Shown here piece by piece: positions 17,627 to 27,353 of a stretch of 64,000 bases of DNA. Origin of the DNA: Alphaproteobacteria bacterium (GTDB lineage Bacteria > Pseudomonadota > Alphaproteobacteria > CALKHQ01); assembly GCA_965227515.1 (NCBI GenBank), contig CBDDFZ010000001.1:2176001-2240000 (forward strand), read 5' to 3'. Every line of letters starts with the position of its first letter. Within the stretch, counting starts at the first letter, position 1. Below the pieces are notes generated by a model, which worked only from the letters and a program-made list of their open reading frames with translations, made no database searches and was not told where the DNA came from. Both the position numbers and the translations under genes were made by a program.

Positions 17627-18475
17627 ATGAAATTGCTGCGCTTCGGCGCGCCCGGCGCCGAGAAGCCGGGCATGGTGGACGCCAACGGCACGATCCGCGA
17701 CCTCAGCGGCAAGGTCGATGACATTGCCGGCGATACCTTGTTGCCGGACGGCCTCGACAAGCTGCGCGGCATCGACCCGTCGTCGCTGCCGGCGGTGGAT
17801 GCCGGCACCCGCCTCGGCCCGTGCGTCGGCTCTATCGGGCGGATCATCTGCATCGGCCTGAACTACGCCGACCACGCGGCGGAGTCGAACCTGCCGGTGC
17901 CGGAGAAGCCGATCATCTTCATGAAGGCATGCCCGCCGACCGGCCCCGACGACGACATCATCATCCCGAAGGACAGCGTGAAGACCGACTGGGAGGTCGA
18001 GCTTGGCGTCGTCATCGGTGCCACCGCGGCCCATGTCAGCGAGGCCGACGCCCTGAAGCACGTGGCCGGCTATTGCGTCTGCAACGACGTGTCAGAGCGT
18101 CAGTTCCAGCTCGACGAGGGCGGCCAGTGGACCAAGGGCAAGAGCTGCGACAGCTTCGCGCCGCTGGGCCCGTGGCTGGTAACCTCCGACGAGGTGGCGG
18201 ACCCGCAGGACCTGCATTTGTGGCTGGACGTCAACGGCGCGCGCAAGCAGGACGGCTCGACCAAGACCATGGTGTTCGGCGTTGCCGCGCTGGTCAGCCA
18301 CCTCAGCCGCTTCATGACGCTGCGCCCCGGCGACGTCATTTCCACCGGCACCCCGCCCGGCGTCGGCATGGGCCAGAAGCCGGAGCCTGTGTACCTGAAG
18401 CCCGGCGATGTCGTGAAGCTGGGCATCGACGGCATGGGCGCGCAAGAGCAGCGCTGCGTCGCCTATCCCGGCTAA
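17627..18475 (+). CDS. Fumarylacetoacetate-hydrolase-family protein
   Basis: CIGLNYADH, DWEVEL, NDVSER, WTKGKS, PGDVISTGTPPGVG. Confidence 0.93.
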   Translation: MKLLRFGAPGAEKPGMVDANGTIRDLSGKVDDIAGDTLLPDGLDKLRGIDPSSLPAVDAGTRLGPCVGSIGRIICIGLNYADHAAESNLPVPEKPIIFMKACPPTGPDDDIIIPKDSVKTDWEVELGVVIGATAAHVSEADALKHVAGYCVCNDVSERQFQLDEGGQWTKGKSCDSFAPLGPWLVTSDEVADPQDLHLWLDVNGARKQDGSTKTMVFGVAALVSHLSRFMTLRPGDVISTGTPPGVGMGQKPEPVYLKPGDVVKLGIDGMGAQEQRCVAYPG

Positions 18476-18574
18476 CCCGGACTGCGGATTGCCTGTGCCG
18501 AACCACTCGGCACAGGCACCAACCTTCTGCCTGGCGGACGGCAATTTTTTGCCGCCGGTACCATATCGTGCGGA

Positions 18575-18622
18575 TTGACAGCGCGGGATGTTTCCAGGAA
18601 ATTTTGCACAACGATAAAAATT
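18575..18622 (+). promoter_or_regulatory. Putative sigma70 promoter/operator of the SorC regulator-kinase operon
   Basis: TTGACA at 18575-18580; inverted repeat AATTTT (18600-05) and AAAATT (18617-22). Confidence 0.45.
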
Positions 18623-18642
18623 CTTCATCCAGGGAGGGGCGC

Positions 18643-19632
18643 TTGGCCCCGCGTCGCACCAAACCCAGTCGCACCGACGACGAGGCAAGCTTGTCCGCTC
18701 GCGCGGCCTGGCTCTATTTTTCCGGAGGCATGACCCAGGGCGAGATCGCCAAGCGGCTGGGCGTGCCGTCCACCAAGGCCCATCGCCTGGTCGCCCGCGC
18801 CACCCGCGAGGGGCTGGTGCGCGTGTTCGTCGATGCCAGCGTGTCGGACTGTGTCGCCCTGGAAGAGGCGATGACCGAACGCTACGGCCTGACATACTGC
18901 CGCGTCGCGCCGGATCTGGACGAGGGTCCGCTGCCGCTGAAGGCGTTGGGGCTGGCCGGCGCCCGCTTCCTGCGCAATGCGCTGGAATCGGGGGATCACG
19001 AGGTCATTGGCGTCGGCCACGGGCGCACCATCGGCGCCATGGTCGACCAGTTGCCCTCACTGCAGGTCAAGAATACCAGGATCGTTTCGCTGCTCGGCGG
19101 GTTGACCCGCCGCTATGCCGCCAACCCCTATGACGTAATCCACCGCATCGCCGAGCGGACGGGGGCGGAAGCCTACATGCTGCCGGTGCCGCTCTACGCC
19201 AACACGGTGGAGGACAAGGCGGTGCTGCTGGCCCAGGTCGGCGTGGCCGACGTCATCGAGATGTGGGACCGGGCGACCCTGATGCTGACCGGCGTCGGCG
19301 AGGTGGCGCCCGCCGCCCACCTGTTCGAGGAGGGGCTGGTCGATCCGGCCGACCAGCAGGCGCTGCAGGCCGCCAACGCGGTGGGCGAGGTGCTGGGCCA
19401 CTATTTCGACAGTGATGGCGCGCCGGTGCTCAACGCCATGGAGAGCCGGGTGATGTCGCCTGATATCGAGGCGATCAGGGGCCGCAACATGGTTGCCATT
19501 GCCGGCGGCGTGAACAAGGCCGCCGCCATCGGGGCTGCCCTGCGCAGCGGGCTGATCAAGGGACTGATCACCGACGAAAGCACCGCGCGCCGCCTCAACG
19601 AGATGGAATCGAACGGGGGCGGCGCGGCGTGA
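18643..19632 (+). CDS. SorC/DeoR-type sugar-binding regulator (EryD-like)
   Basis: AAWLYFSGGMTQGEIAKRLG HTH; GVGHGRT; IAGGVNKAAAI..LITDESTA; GGAGG RBS before TTG. Confidence 0.9.
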   Translation: MAPRRTKPSRTDDEASLSARAAWLYFSGGMTQGEIAKRLGVPSTKAHRLVARATREGLVRVFVDASVSDCVALEEAMTERYGLTYCRVAPDLDEGPLPLKALGLAGARFLRNALESGDHEVIGVGHGRTIGAMVDQLPSLQVKNTRIVSLLGGLTRRYAANPYDVIHRIAERTGAEAYMLPVPLYANTVEDKAVLLAQVGVADVIEMWDRATLMLTGVGEVAPAAHLFEEGLVDPADQQALQAANAVGEVLGHYFDSDGAPVLNAMESRVMSPDIEAIRGRNMVAIAGGVNKAAAIGAALRSGLIKGLITDESTARRLNEMESNGGGAA

Positions 19633-21221
19633 CCGCAGCCTCTGGGGAAGCGACGAAGGGCAGCGGGCCGCTGATCGTCGGCGTCGATGCCGGCACGTCG
19701 GTCATCAAGGCGGTGGTGTTTGCCGCCGACGGCACCCAGCTTGCGGTGGCCGGGCGCCCGAACAGCTATGACGCGCTGGCCGGCGGCGGCGTGGAGCAGG
19801 ACATGGCCCGCACATGGGCCGACACCGCCGCCACGCTGTCTGACCTTACGGCCCAGGTGCCCGACCTGGCGTCGCGCATCGTGGCGCTGGCGGTAACCGC
19901 CCAAGGTGACGGCACATGGCTGATCGATGCCGACGGCGCGCCTGTTGGCGGTGGGCTGCTGTGGCTCGACGCGCGGGCGGCCGACATCACCGAGGCGATG
20001 ATCGCGCGGCCCGACTATCAGAGCCTCTATGCGATCAGCGCGACCGGTGCGACGGCCTGCCAGCAGTCCAGCCAGCTCGCCTGGATCAAGCGCCACCAGC
20101 CTGAGCGGCTGGCGCGCGCCGCCACCGCATTCCACTGCAAGGACTGGCTTTATTTTAAGCTGACCGGCGTGCGCGCGACCGATCCGTCGGAGGGCGTGTT
20201 CACCTTCGGCGACTTCCGCACCCGTCAGTACGCGCCGCAAATCCTCGACGCATACGACCTGGCGGACCGCGCCGACCTGTTGCCGCCGATGGTCGACGGC
20301 ACGACGACGGCAGGCGCGCTCACCGATGCCGCCGCGGCCGCGACGGGGTTGCCGGCCGGCCTGCCGGTGGTGCTGGGGCACCTGGACGTGGTGTGCACGG
20401 CCCTCGGCGGCGGGCTCTGCGATCCGGAAGGCCGGGTCGGCGCCTCGATCGTCGGGTCGACCGGCATGCATATGCGATTGGCCACCTCGCCCGACAAGGT
20501 GCGCCTGAACCCGGATTGTTCCGGCTTCACCATCCCGTTCCCGGTGCCTGGCATGTACGCGCAGAACCAGTCCAACATGGCGGCCACCATCAACATCGAC
20601 TGGCTGCTGGACCTGGCGCGCGGCGTGCTGGCCGATGCCGGGGTCGAGGCGTCGCGCCGCGACCTACTGGAGGGCGCCGATGCGCGGGTGATGGCGGCGG
20701 CGCCGGGGCGCATGCTCTATCACCCCTACATCTCCACCGCCGGGGAACGCGGGCCGATCCTGGAGCCGGCGGCCCGGGCGAGCTTCACCGGGCTGGAGCC
20801 CGAGCACGGCTATGCCGACATGCTGCGCGCGGTCTACGAGGGCCTGGCCTATGCGGCGCGCGACTGCTTCACGTCCATGGGCGATGTACCGCGCGAGATA
20901 CGCATGGCCGGCGGGGCCGCGCGCTCCGGGGCCATTCGCGCGATCCTGGCGGCGATGCTGAACGCGTCGGTGCGCCGTTGCGAGCAGGCCGAGGCGGGTG
21001 CTGCGGGGGCGGCGATGATGGCCGCGGTGCAGCAAGGTCTCTACCCGGACATGATGAGCTGCGCGGCCGATTGGGTCGACCGCCGGCTGACACCGGTCGA
21101 GGCGCCGGACGCGGCGCTGGCGGCGCTCTATGACAGCCGGTTCCCGGTCTACCGCCAGGCGCGCGAGGCACTGCGCCCGGTGTGGCGGGCCTGGCAGGAT
21201 GCGCTGCGTGGGGAGGGGTGA
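19629..21221 (+). CDS. FGGY carbohydrate kinase (erythritol kinase EryA-like)
   Basis: GVDAGTSVIKAV, TAQGDG, WLDARA, HCKDW, GSTGMHMR, GERGP, GGAARS. Confidence 0.88.
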   Translation: MTAASGEATKGSGPLIVGVDAGTSVIKAVVFAADGTQLAVAGRPNSYDALAGGGVEQDMARTWADTAATLSDLTAQVPDLASRIVALAVTAQGDGTWLIDADGAPVGGGLLWLDARAADITEAMIARPDYQSLYAISATGATACQQSSQLAWIKRHQPERLARAATAFHCKDWLYFKLTGVRATDPSEGVFTFGDFRTRQYAPQILDAYDLADRADLLPPMVDGTTTAGALTDAAAAATGLPAGLPVVLGHLDVVCTALGGGLCDPEGRVGASIVGSTGMHMRLATSPDKVRLNPDCSGFTIPFPVPGMYAQNQSNMAATINIDWLLDLARGVLADAGVEASRRDLLEGADARVMAAAPGRMLYHPYISTAGERGPILEPAARASFTGLEPEHGYADMLRAVYEGLAYAARDCFTSMGDVPREIRMAGGAARSGAIRAILAAMLNASVRRCEQAEAGAAGAAMMAAVQQGLYPDMMSCAADWVDRRLTPVEAPDAALAALYDSRFPVYRQAREALRPVWRAWQDALRGEG

Positions 21222-21283
21222 CATCCGATTTGGTGCCCTCAATCTTGCGGTAGCCGATTCACACCTCTCACCAACCCACCATC

Positions 21284-21459
21284 GTCATCCTCGGGCACGT
21301 CCCGAGGATCCATTTATGTCCAGTGTTTCAACGTGTTATGCGCGAAATGCGACGTTGATGGCGGTCAGGCGACACAAACTGCATCGCAAGAGCTGGCTGA
21401 ATCAGGCTCGCCTTGAGCCCTGCATGCCCATGGGTCCTCGCCACAAGGGCGAGGACGAC
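21284..21459. repeat. REP/RPE-like inverted doublet (copy 2)
   Basis: GTCATCCTCGGGCACGTCCCGAGGATCCAT (21284-21313) faces ATGGGTCCTCGCCACAAGGGCGAGGACGAC (21430-21459). Confidence 0.85.
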
Positions 21460-21506
21460 AGTCATCTTTGTGGGAAGGCACAGTGCCTGGACTACATCGC
21501 AGACTG

Positions 21507-21968
21507 CTACGGCAGCTCCGTCACCACCAGCACGCGCAGGGGCGCGTCCATGTAGTCGCTGCGGTCGCGGTCCTCGACATGGCCGACCGCGTCGGCGATC
21601 TCGAACGGGCCGGGGTAGAGCATCGCCCCCAGAGCGGCGGCGACCTCGTCATTGCCCGGAAAGACCTCCTCGACCACGACCGTGGCGCCGGTCTCGGCGT
21701 CGAACACTTGGTAGTGCGGGCAGGGCGGGGCATCGCAGTCGATGCCAAGGTCGATGAACTGAACCTCCGTGGAGGTCCGCAGCACCGCTGGGATCTCGCC
21801 TTCCAGCAGGAAGAACAGCCCGCCGACATAGTCGCCCGAGACGAACGGGGACCGGTCGTCGGGCAGGGGTTCCTCGGCGGGTGCGGTCGCCACGGCAGAG
21901 GTCAGCGCGATGGCGGCGCCGGCGCACATCTCGGGCAGGTGCAGGCGGCGCAGTGCGGTCAGCTTCAT
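21507..21968 (-). CDS. Exported acidic hypothetical protein with a CDAPPC motif
   Basis: AGGAG RBS; signal-like N-terminus; GIDCDAPPCPHY. Confidence 0.65.
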   Translation of the reverse strand: MKLTALRRLHLPEMCAGAAIALTSAVATAPAEEPLPDDRSPFVSGDYVGGLFFLLEGEIPAVLRTSTEVQFIDLGIDCDAPPCPHYQVFDAETGATVVVEEVFPGNDEVAAALGAMLYPGPFEIADAVGHVEDRDRSDYMDAPLRVLVVTELP

Positions 21969-22070
21969 GGGGCAGTCTCCTGACAAAGGCCCCAGCCGCA
22001 ATGGGACGGCGGCTCATGTAGGGGTGCCACGTGGCGTCCGCGCGGCAAACGCGCGGCCGGAATCAGGCAA

Positions 22071-24395
22071 TCACCCGCTGGACATGAGCAGGGCGCTGAT
22101 CGGCACCTCGACCGCCGAGCAGGCGCCGTCGGGCTGGCCGTCCAGCATGCGGTTGCCGACGCCGTTGACGAAGCCGTCCTCCACCGTGATCAGCGCGCAT
22201 CCGTTGGCGTGCACCAGCACATTGTCGCGCAACAGCGCCTCGCACCCCATGGCGACCAGCACCGCCGGCGTCTCGGCCGCGCGGCCGTTCAGGAACAGGC
22301 GGTTGCCGGTCAGGGTTGCGGTCGACTGGTCGAGCACGGCGATGCCGTTGCCGACATTGCCCTGGATGTCGTTGTCGCTGGCGATCAGAGACGAGCCAAG
22401 CTGCGCCTGCACGCCGGCGTGCCCGTTGTCGCGGATGTCGTTGCCGCGCACGATGGCGAAGGCATCCTCCACCAGCACGCCGGTACCGGCCGATGCCGCG
22501 ATCAGATTGCCCTCGATCAGGGTGCCGAAACCGCCGTCGCGCCCGGAGATCCGGATCGCCGCGTCCTCCGGCCCGCCGATACCCGCCAGCCGGTTGCCGC
22601 GCACCACGACGGCGCTGTCGGCAATGGCGATGCCGATGTCGCGGTTGCCGTGCAGGTCGTTGCCCTCGATGCGCACGCCGACGGCGTCGTTGACCGCGAT
22701 GCCGATGGTGCCGCCGGAGACGGCAAGGCCGCGCACGACCACATCGGGCGCGCGCACATCGATCACCGGGCCGTGGCCGTTGGAGTGCACAACCACGCCG
22801 GCGGCGCCGTCCAGCGCCTCGATGGTGATCGGGCGGTCCAGGATCACCGGGCCGTCATAGGTGCCCGGCGCCAGCCGCAGGATCGCACCGGGCGGCGCCA
22901 ACAGGATGGCATCCGCCAGGCTCACCGTGTCGTCCGCCTGCAGCAGGATCACGGGCATGGCCGCTTCCAGGTCGGCCGCGACCGGGTTCGCGGTGTCGGA
23001 GACGTTGAGTCCGCTCGGCACCGTGTGCGGCTCCAGCGCCGCCAGTCCGGCGATCGAGTCGGCGGTCAGGCTTTCCAGGAACGCCACCAGTGCCGAGATC
23101 TCCGCGTCGGTCAGGGCCATGCCCTCCAGCTGCACGTCGCGCGCATCCAGCAGCCGCGCACGCAGTAGCAAGTCGGTCAGCACCATCTCGCGCAATTCGG
23201 GCTCCAGCGACTCAATGGAGTATTCGTCCCAGGTCGTATCGGGGTCGGCGTGTGCCCGGATCGCCTGCGCCAGGTCGACGAAGGCGCCGTTGTGCATCCA
23301 CGGGCCGGTCACCGCCACGTTGCGCAGCGGCGGGGTGCGGAAACGGAACACATCCAGCGGGTCGCCGGTTTCCAGCGCCAGGCCGAGATCGAGCGGCGCG
23401 CCGTCGCCCTTGCCGGGGCCGACCTGCGGGACGCCGATATTGTGGAACTCCTGGTCGGTCATCAGCACGCCGGAGTGGCAGGCGGCGCAGCCGGCCTCGC
23501 CATAGAACAGCAGCGCGCCTTCCTTGGCTTCCTCGCTCAGCGCGTCGTCGTCGCCGAACAGGTAGCGGTCCCACGGGCTATCAGTCAGCGTGAACGCCAG
23601 CGACTCGAATGCGCCGATGGCGTTGGCGGCATGCGCGAAGGTCAGCTCGCCCTGCGGCGTGTCGGGATAGGCGGCGGCGAACAGGCGCACATAGCTCTCG
23701 TGTGCGAGCACGCGGGCCATCAGCGCGTCCCACATGCCGCGCCAATCGTCCGGCGCGATCAGGGCGAGTTCGTTCACACTACCGAACACGTCGATCTCGC
23801 CGGGCCGGCCGCGCATCTCGTCCGGCGACGTCACCGGGAACATCGCCTGGGCGGCGAGCAGGCTGGCTATATCGGGCAGCAGGGCGTCGCCTGCCGGCGT
23901 GTCGAACGCGTCGTCGACGATGGCGACGCGCCCGTCCCAGAACATGGTGCGCCAGTCGGGGTGCGCGCGGTCGAATACATCGGGCGCGTTGCGCGGGATG
24001 ACCGCGCCGGCATAGCTCATCTGGCGGTCGGCGCCGAGACCGATGCCGCCGGAGCCGATGGACAGCGAGCGGCCATCGCCGCTGGCCAGCGTCGGGTGGT
24101 GGCAGGTGGCGCAGGCAATGTCGCGATTGCCGCTCAATTCCTTGTCGAAGAACAGCGCCCGGCCGAGCGCGACCAGGGCGGGGTCCTGGCGCGGCGCGGA
24201 TGGCATCGGCTCCAGGTCGAAGGTGGCTATCACGCTGCGCAGGTCGGCATCGTGGCCGGCGTTCTGGCCAAGGCCGCTGATGGCGCCACCCAGGACGGCG
24301 GCCAGCGCGAACACCGCGATGCCGCTGATCCGGCCGGCGGTCAGTCTTGCGGCCCTTCGGGGCGTCCGATCCGCCCGATCACTCCGCTTCAGCAC
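22071..24395 (-). CDS. Diheme cytochrome c peroxidase/MauG-family protein fused to a right-handed beta-helix
   Basis: LGRALFFD..LS, CATCH, RNAP, FWDGR, CAACH, FRTPPLRNVAVTGPWMHNG; C-terminal LAPGTY plus (I/V).GN.(I/L)..N..GI repeats; start uncertain (GTG 24395 or 24416). Confidence 0.88.
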   Translation of the reverse strand: MLKRSDRADRTPRRAARLTAGRISGIAVFALAAVLGGAISGLGQNAGHDADLRSVIATFDLEPMPSAPRQDPALVALGRALFFDKELSGNRDIACATCHHPTLASGDGRSLSIGSGGIGLGADRQMSYAGAVIPRNAPDVFDRAHPDWRTMFWDGRVAIVDDAFDTPAGDALLPDIASLLAAQAMFPVTSPDEMRGRPGEIDVFGSVNELALIAPDDWRGMWDALMARVLAHESYVRLFAAAYPDTPQGELTFAHAANAIGAFESLAFTLTDSPWDRYLFGDDDALSEEAKEGALLFYGEAGCAACHSGVLMTDQEFHNIGVPQVGPGKGDGAPLDLGLALETGDPLDVFRFRTPPLRNVAVTGPWMHNGAFVDLAQAIRAHADPDTTWDEYSIESLEPELREMVLTDLLLRARLLDARDVQLEGMALTDAEISALVAFLESLTADSIAGLAALEPHTVPSGLNVSDTANPVAADLEAAMPVILLQADDTVSLADAILLAPPGAILRLAPGTYDGPVILDRPITIEALDGAAGVVVHSNGHGPVIDVRAPDVVVRGLAVSGGTIGIAVNDAVGVRIEGNDLHGNRDIGIAIADSAVVVRGNRLAGIGGPEDAAIRISGRDGGFGTLIEGNLIAASAGTGVLVEDAFAIVRGNDIRDNGHAGVQAQLGSSLIASDNDIQGNVGNGIAVLDQSTATLTGNRLFLNGRAAETPAVLVAMGCEALLRDNVLVHANGCALITVEDGFVNGVGNRMLDGQPDGACSAVEVPISALLMSSG

Positions 24396-25869
24396 TTGCC
24401 TTTCCCCCTTCCGCACGCCGCATGCGTCGGATCGTGCCCGTGGTGGAATGCCCGTCCGCCAGGTCCGCCAGCACCACGCGTCCGCCGCGGGCGGTCACGA
24501 TGTCGGCGCCGACCACGGTCTCGACCGTGTAGTCCGCACCCTTGACCAGAACGTCCGGCGCTACGGTCTCGATGAGGCTCAACGGCGTATCCTCCTCGAA
24601 TATCGCCACGGCATCGACATCTGCGATGGCGGCCAGGACCATGGCGCGTGCGCGCTCGTCCTGGATCGGCCGATCCTCTCCCTTAAGACGACGCACGGAT
24701 GCGTCGGAATTAAGGCCGACGACAAGCCGGTCGCACGCGGCGCGTGCCTGCGACAGCAGCGAGGCGTGACCGGGATGGATCAGATCAAAGCATCCATTGG
24801 TAAAACCGACGCTAAGGCCGGCCTCGCGCCAATCGGCGAGCAGGGCCGCGAGGCTGGCCGGGCCGACAATCTTGTGCGCGGCGGCGGAGCTGTCGCGGGC
24901 CCGCACCAGCTCCGCGAGTTCCTCGCGGTTGACGGTGGCGGTGCCCGATTTCTCGACCACCCGGCCGCTGGCCAGTGTCGCCACCGTGGCGGCTTCGTCC
25001 AGGGGCCGGCCGGCGCCGAGCATCAGTGCGAGCACTGCCAGTACCGTGTCGCCGGCGCCCGACACGTCGAACACCTGTCGGCCGCGGCCGGGGAAATGGG
25101 CGGAGGTGCCATCGCTGGCGACCAGCGTCATGCCGCGCTCGGCGCGCGTCGCGATAACCGCCTCGGCGCCGCTGGCCTGCAGCGCGGCGCCGGCCGCCGC
25201 CACGACTTCGTCGTCACTGCCGGCCGGCATGCCGGTGGCCGCGGCCAACTCGCTGGAATTGGGCTTGAGCACGGTGATGCCGCGATAGCGTGCCAGATCG
25301 GTGCTCTTCGGGTCGGTCAGCACCGGCACGCCAGCCTTCCTGCCGGCGTCGATCAGCGCGCGCAGCACCGCGTCGGGCAGCACGCCCTTGGCATAGTCGG
25401 ACAGCACCACCGCGTCCGCCCCATCCAGCGCGCGCTCGGCGCTGGCGATCAGCCGGGCCTGATCGCGCTCGCTGGCCGGGCCGGACACCTCGTCGTCGAC
25501 GCGCAGCAACTGCTGGCCGCCCGCCACGAACCGCGACTTCACCGTGGTCGGCCGGCCGTCGCTGGCAGTGATCAGGTGGGCATCGAAGCGCGCGTTGGCG
25601 TCCGACAATTCGCGCACGGTGCGGCCGGCCTCATCGTCGCCGACCAGGCCGATCAGGACCGCGGTGCCGTTCAGTGCCGCAACATTGCGCGCCAGATTGC
25701 CGGCGCCGCCGAGCATGGGGGCGCGGCGATTGACATGCAGAACAGGGATCGGCCCTTCCGGCGAGATCCGCCTGACCGTGCCGTAGACGAACCAGTCCAG
25801 CATCACGTCGCCGATCACCAGGATCCGCTGGTCGCTGAAATCCGGCAGTGTGAGCTGGGTGGATGCCAT
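24379..25869 (-). CDS. hldE: Bifunctional heptose-7-phosphate kinase / heptose-1-phosphate adenylyltransferase
   Basis: GDVMLD..RISPEGPIPV, LSDYAKG, DVSGAGDT, FTNGCFDLIHPGH, GLNSDASVRRLKG. Confidence 0.95.
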   Translation of the reverse strand: MASTQLTLPDFSDQRILVIGDVMLDWFVYGTVRRISPEGPIPVLHVNRRAPMLGGAGNLARNVAALNGTAVLIGLVGDDEAGRTVRELSDANARFDAHLITASDGRPTTVKSRFVAGGQQLLRVDDEVSGPASERDQARLIASAERALDGADAVVLSDYAKGVLPDAVLRALIDAGRKAGVPVLTDPKSTDLARYRGITVLKPNSSELAAATGMPAGSDDEVVAAAGAALQASGAEAVIATRAERGMTLVASDGTSAHFPGRGRQVFDVSGAGDTVLAVLALMLGAGRPLDEAATVATLASGRVVEKSGTATVNREELAELVRARDSSAAAHKIVGPASLAALLADWREAGLSVGFTNGCFDLIHPGHASLLSQARAACDRLVVGLNSDASVRRLKGEDRPIQDERARAMVLAAIADVDAVAIFEEDTPLSLIETVAPDVLVKGADYTVETVVGADIVTARGGRVVLADLADGHSTTGTIRRMRRAEGGKASAEAE

Positions 25870-25899
25870 GGACGTCGCCCGTTGCGTCAGTCGGTTGCG

Positions 25900-27249
25900 T
25901 CAGTCGCGGTCGGGGGCCTTGACCGGGATCATCAGCAGCAGGCCGATGACCAGCAGCACCATGATCACGCCCATGCCGATACGCTGGCTCTCCGTCCAGG
26001 CTGTCACCGCCGCGACCAGGGCCGGGCCGATGAATGCGGTGATCTTGCCCGACAGCGCAAACAGGCCGAACATTTCGGTGCGCATGTGCGGCGGCGCCAT
26101 GAGCGCCATCATGGTGCGGCTGGACGACTGGGTGGGGCCGATGAAGATACCGAGGAAGGCCGCGATGATATAGAACAGGGTCACGGACTCGATAATCAGA
26201 AGCGAGGCGCCGAAGAACGCCAGGGCGGCGACCGAGATCATGATGGTGCGTTTCGGGCCGAGCCAGTCGTCGACCCAGGCCATCAGGATGGAGCCGACAC
26301 CCGATGTCGCGATGATGATCAGCCCGAAGATCAAAACTTCCTCGGCATCCATGTTGAAGGCGCCGGCCGCATAGATGCCGCCCAGGGCGAACAGCGTGTT
26401 TAGCCCGTCGATATAGATCATTCGCGCCAGCAGGAACCGCAATATGTTGCCGTAGCGCTTGAGCTCGCGGAATGTCGCGACCAGGGAGCCCAGCCCCTCG
26501 CGCACGGCCTGGCCGGCCGAAATGCCGGTCGACGGCTTGTCCGGGGTCAGCAACAGCATCGGCAGACCGAACAGCACGAACCACAGCGCAATGACCGGTC
26601 CGGCGGCGCGGACATGCTCGGCATTCTCCTTGTCGAGCCCGAACGGGGCCTCGTCCGGCATGACAAAGACGACCAGCACCAGAAGGGTGCAGAACAGGCT
26701 GCCCATATAGCCGATGCCCCAGCCCCAGCCGGAGACGCGACCGAGCAGTCGCTTCGGCGTCAGGTCGGGCAGCATGGCGTTGTAGAAGACGGTCACGAAC
26801 TCGAACAGCAGGTTGCCGAACCCGGCCAGCATCAGGGCCAGAAGCCACGACGATGGCTCGGGCGTGACGTACCACAAGGCGCCGCCGACAATGGCGGCCA
26901 CCGCGCTGAGAAACACGATCCAGGGTTTGCGGCGGCCCGACCGGTCCGCGATCGCACCGACGATGGGGGCAAGGACCGCCAGCAGTATGCCGGAGATCGA
27001 CATCGCCCAGCCCCAGTCGCTCTGGCCCTGCAGCTTGTCGTCCGCGATCGCGCTCGCGAAATAGGTTGCGAACACGAACGTGACGATGACCGTGGGGTAG
27101 GGCGAGTTGGCGAAATCGAACAGGCACCAAGCGGCGATGCCGCGCTTGCGGCGCGGGGTCATCGGCGCCTCGGGGTCAAGGGCCTCGGCGTTGCCTGGGT
27201 TGCCGTTTCCGTTCAGGGGCGCGGCAGATTGCGACCGGTCGGTAGCCAT
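25900..27249 (-). CDS. MFS transporter (ATG22/UMF1-like)
   Basis: WCLFDFANS, FYNAMLPD, GRVSGWGWGIGY, DGLNT, QSSSRT, FGLFALSGK. Confidence 0.88.
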   Translation of the reverse strand: MATDRSQSAAPLNGNGNPGNAEALDPEAPMTPRRKRGIAAWCLFDFANSPYPTVIVTFVFATYFASAIADDKLQGQSDWGWAMSISGILLAVLAPIVGAIADRSGRRKPWIVFLSAVAAIVGGALWYVTPEPSSWLLALMLAGFGNLLFEFVTVFYNAMLPDLTPKRLLGRVSGWGWGIGYMGSLFCTLLVLVVFVMPDEAPFGLDKENAEHVRAAGPVIALWFVLFGLPMLLLTPDKPSTGISAGQAVREGLGSLVATFRELKRYGNILRFLLARMIYIDGLNTLFALGGIYAAGAFNMDAEEVLIFGLIIIATSGVGSILMAWVDDWLGPKRTIMISVAALAFFGASLLIIESVTLFYIIAAFLGIFIGPTQSSSRTMMALMAPPHMRTEMFGLFALSGKITAFIGPALVAAVTAWTESQRIGMGVIMVLLVIGLLLMIPVKAPDRD

Positions 27250-27353
27250 GATCCCCCCTCAATTCCGATCGCGCGGTGGCCGGGCCGGACTCCGGACATC
27301 GCTGGGTCCGACCCGGTACCGAACTCTATCGGGACCGTATGGCCAAAGCCGGC

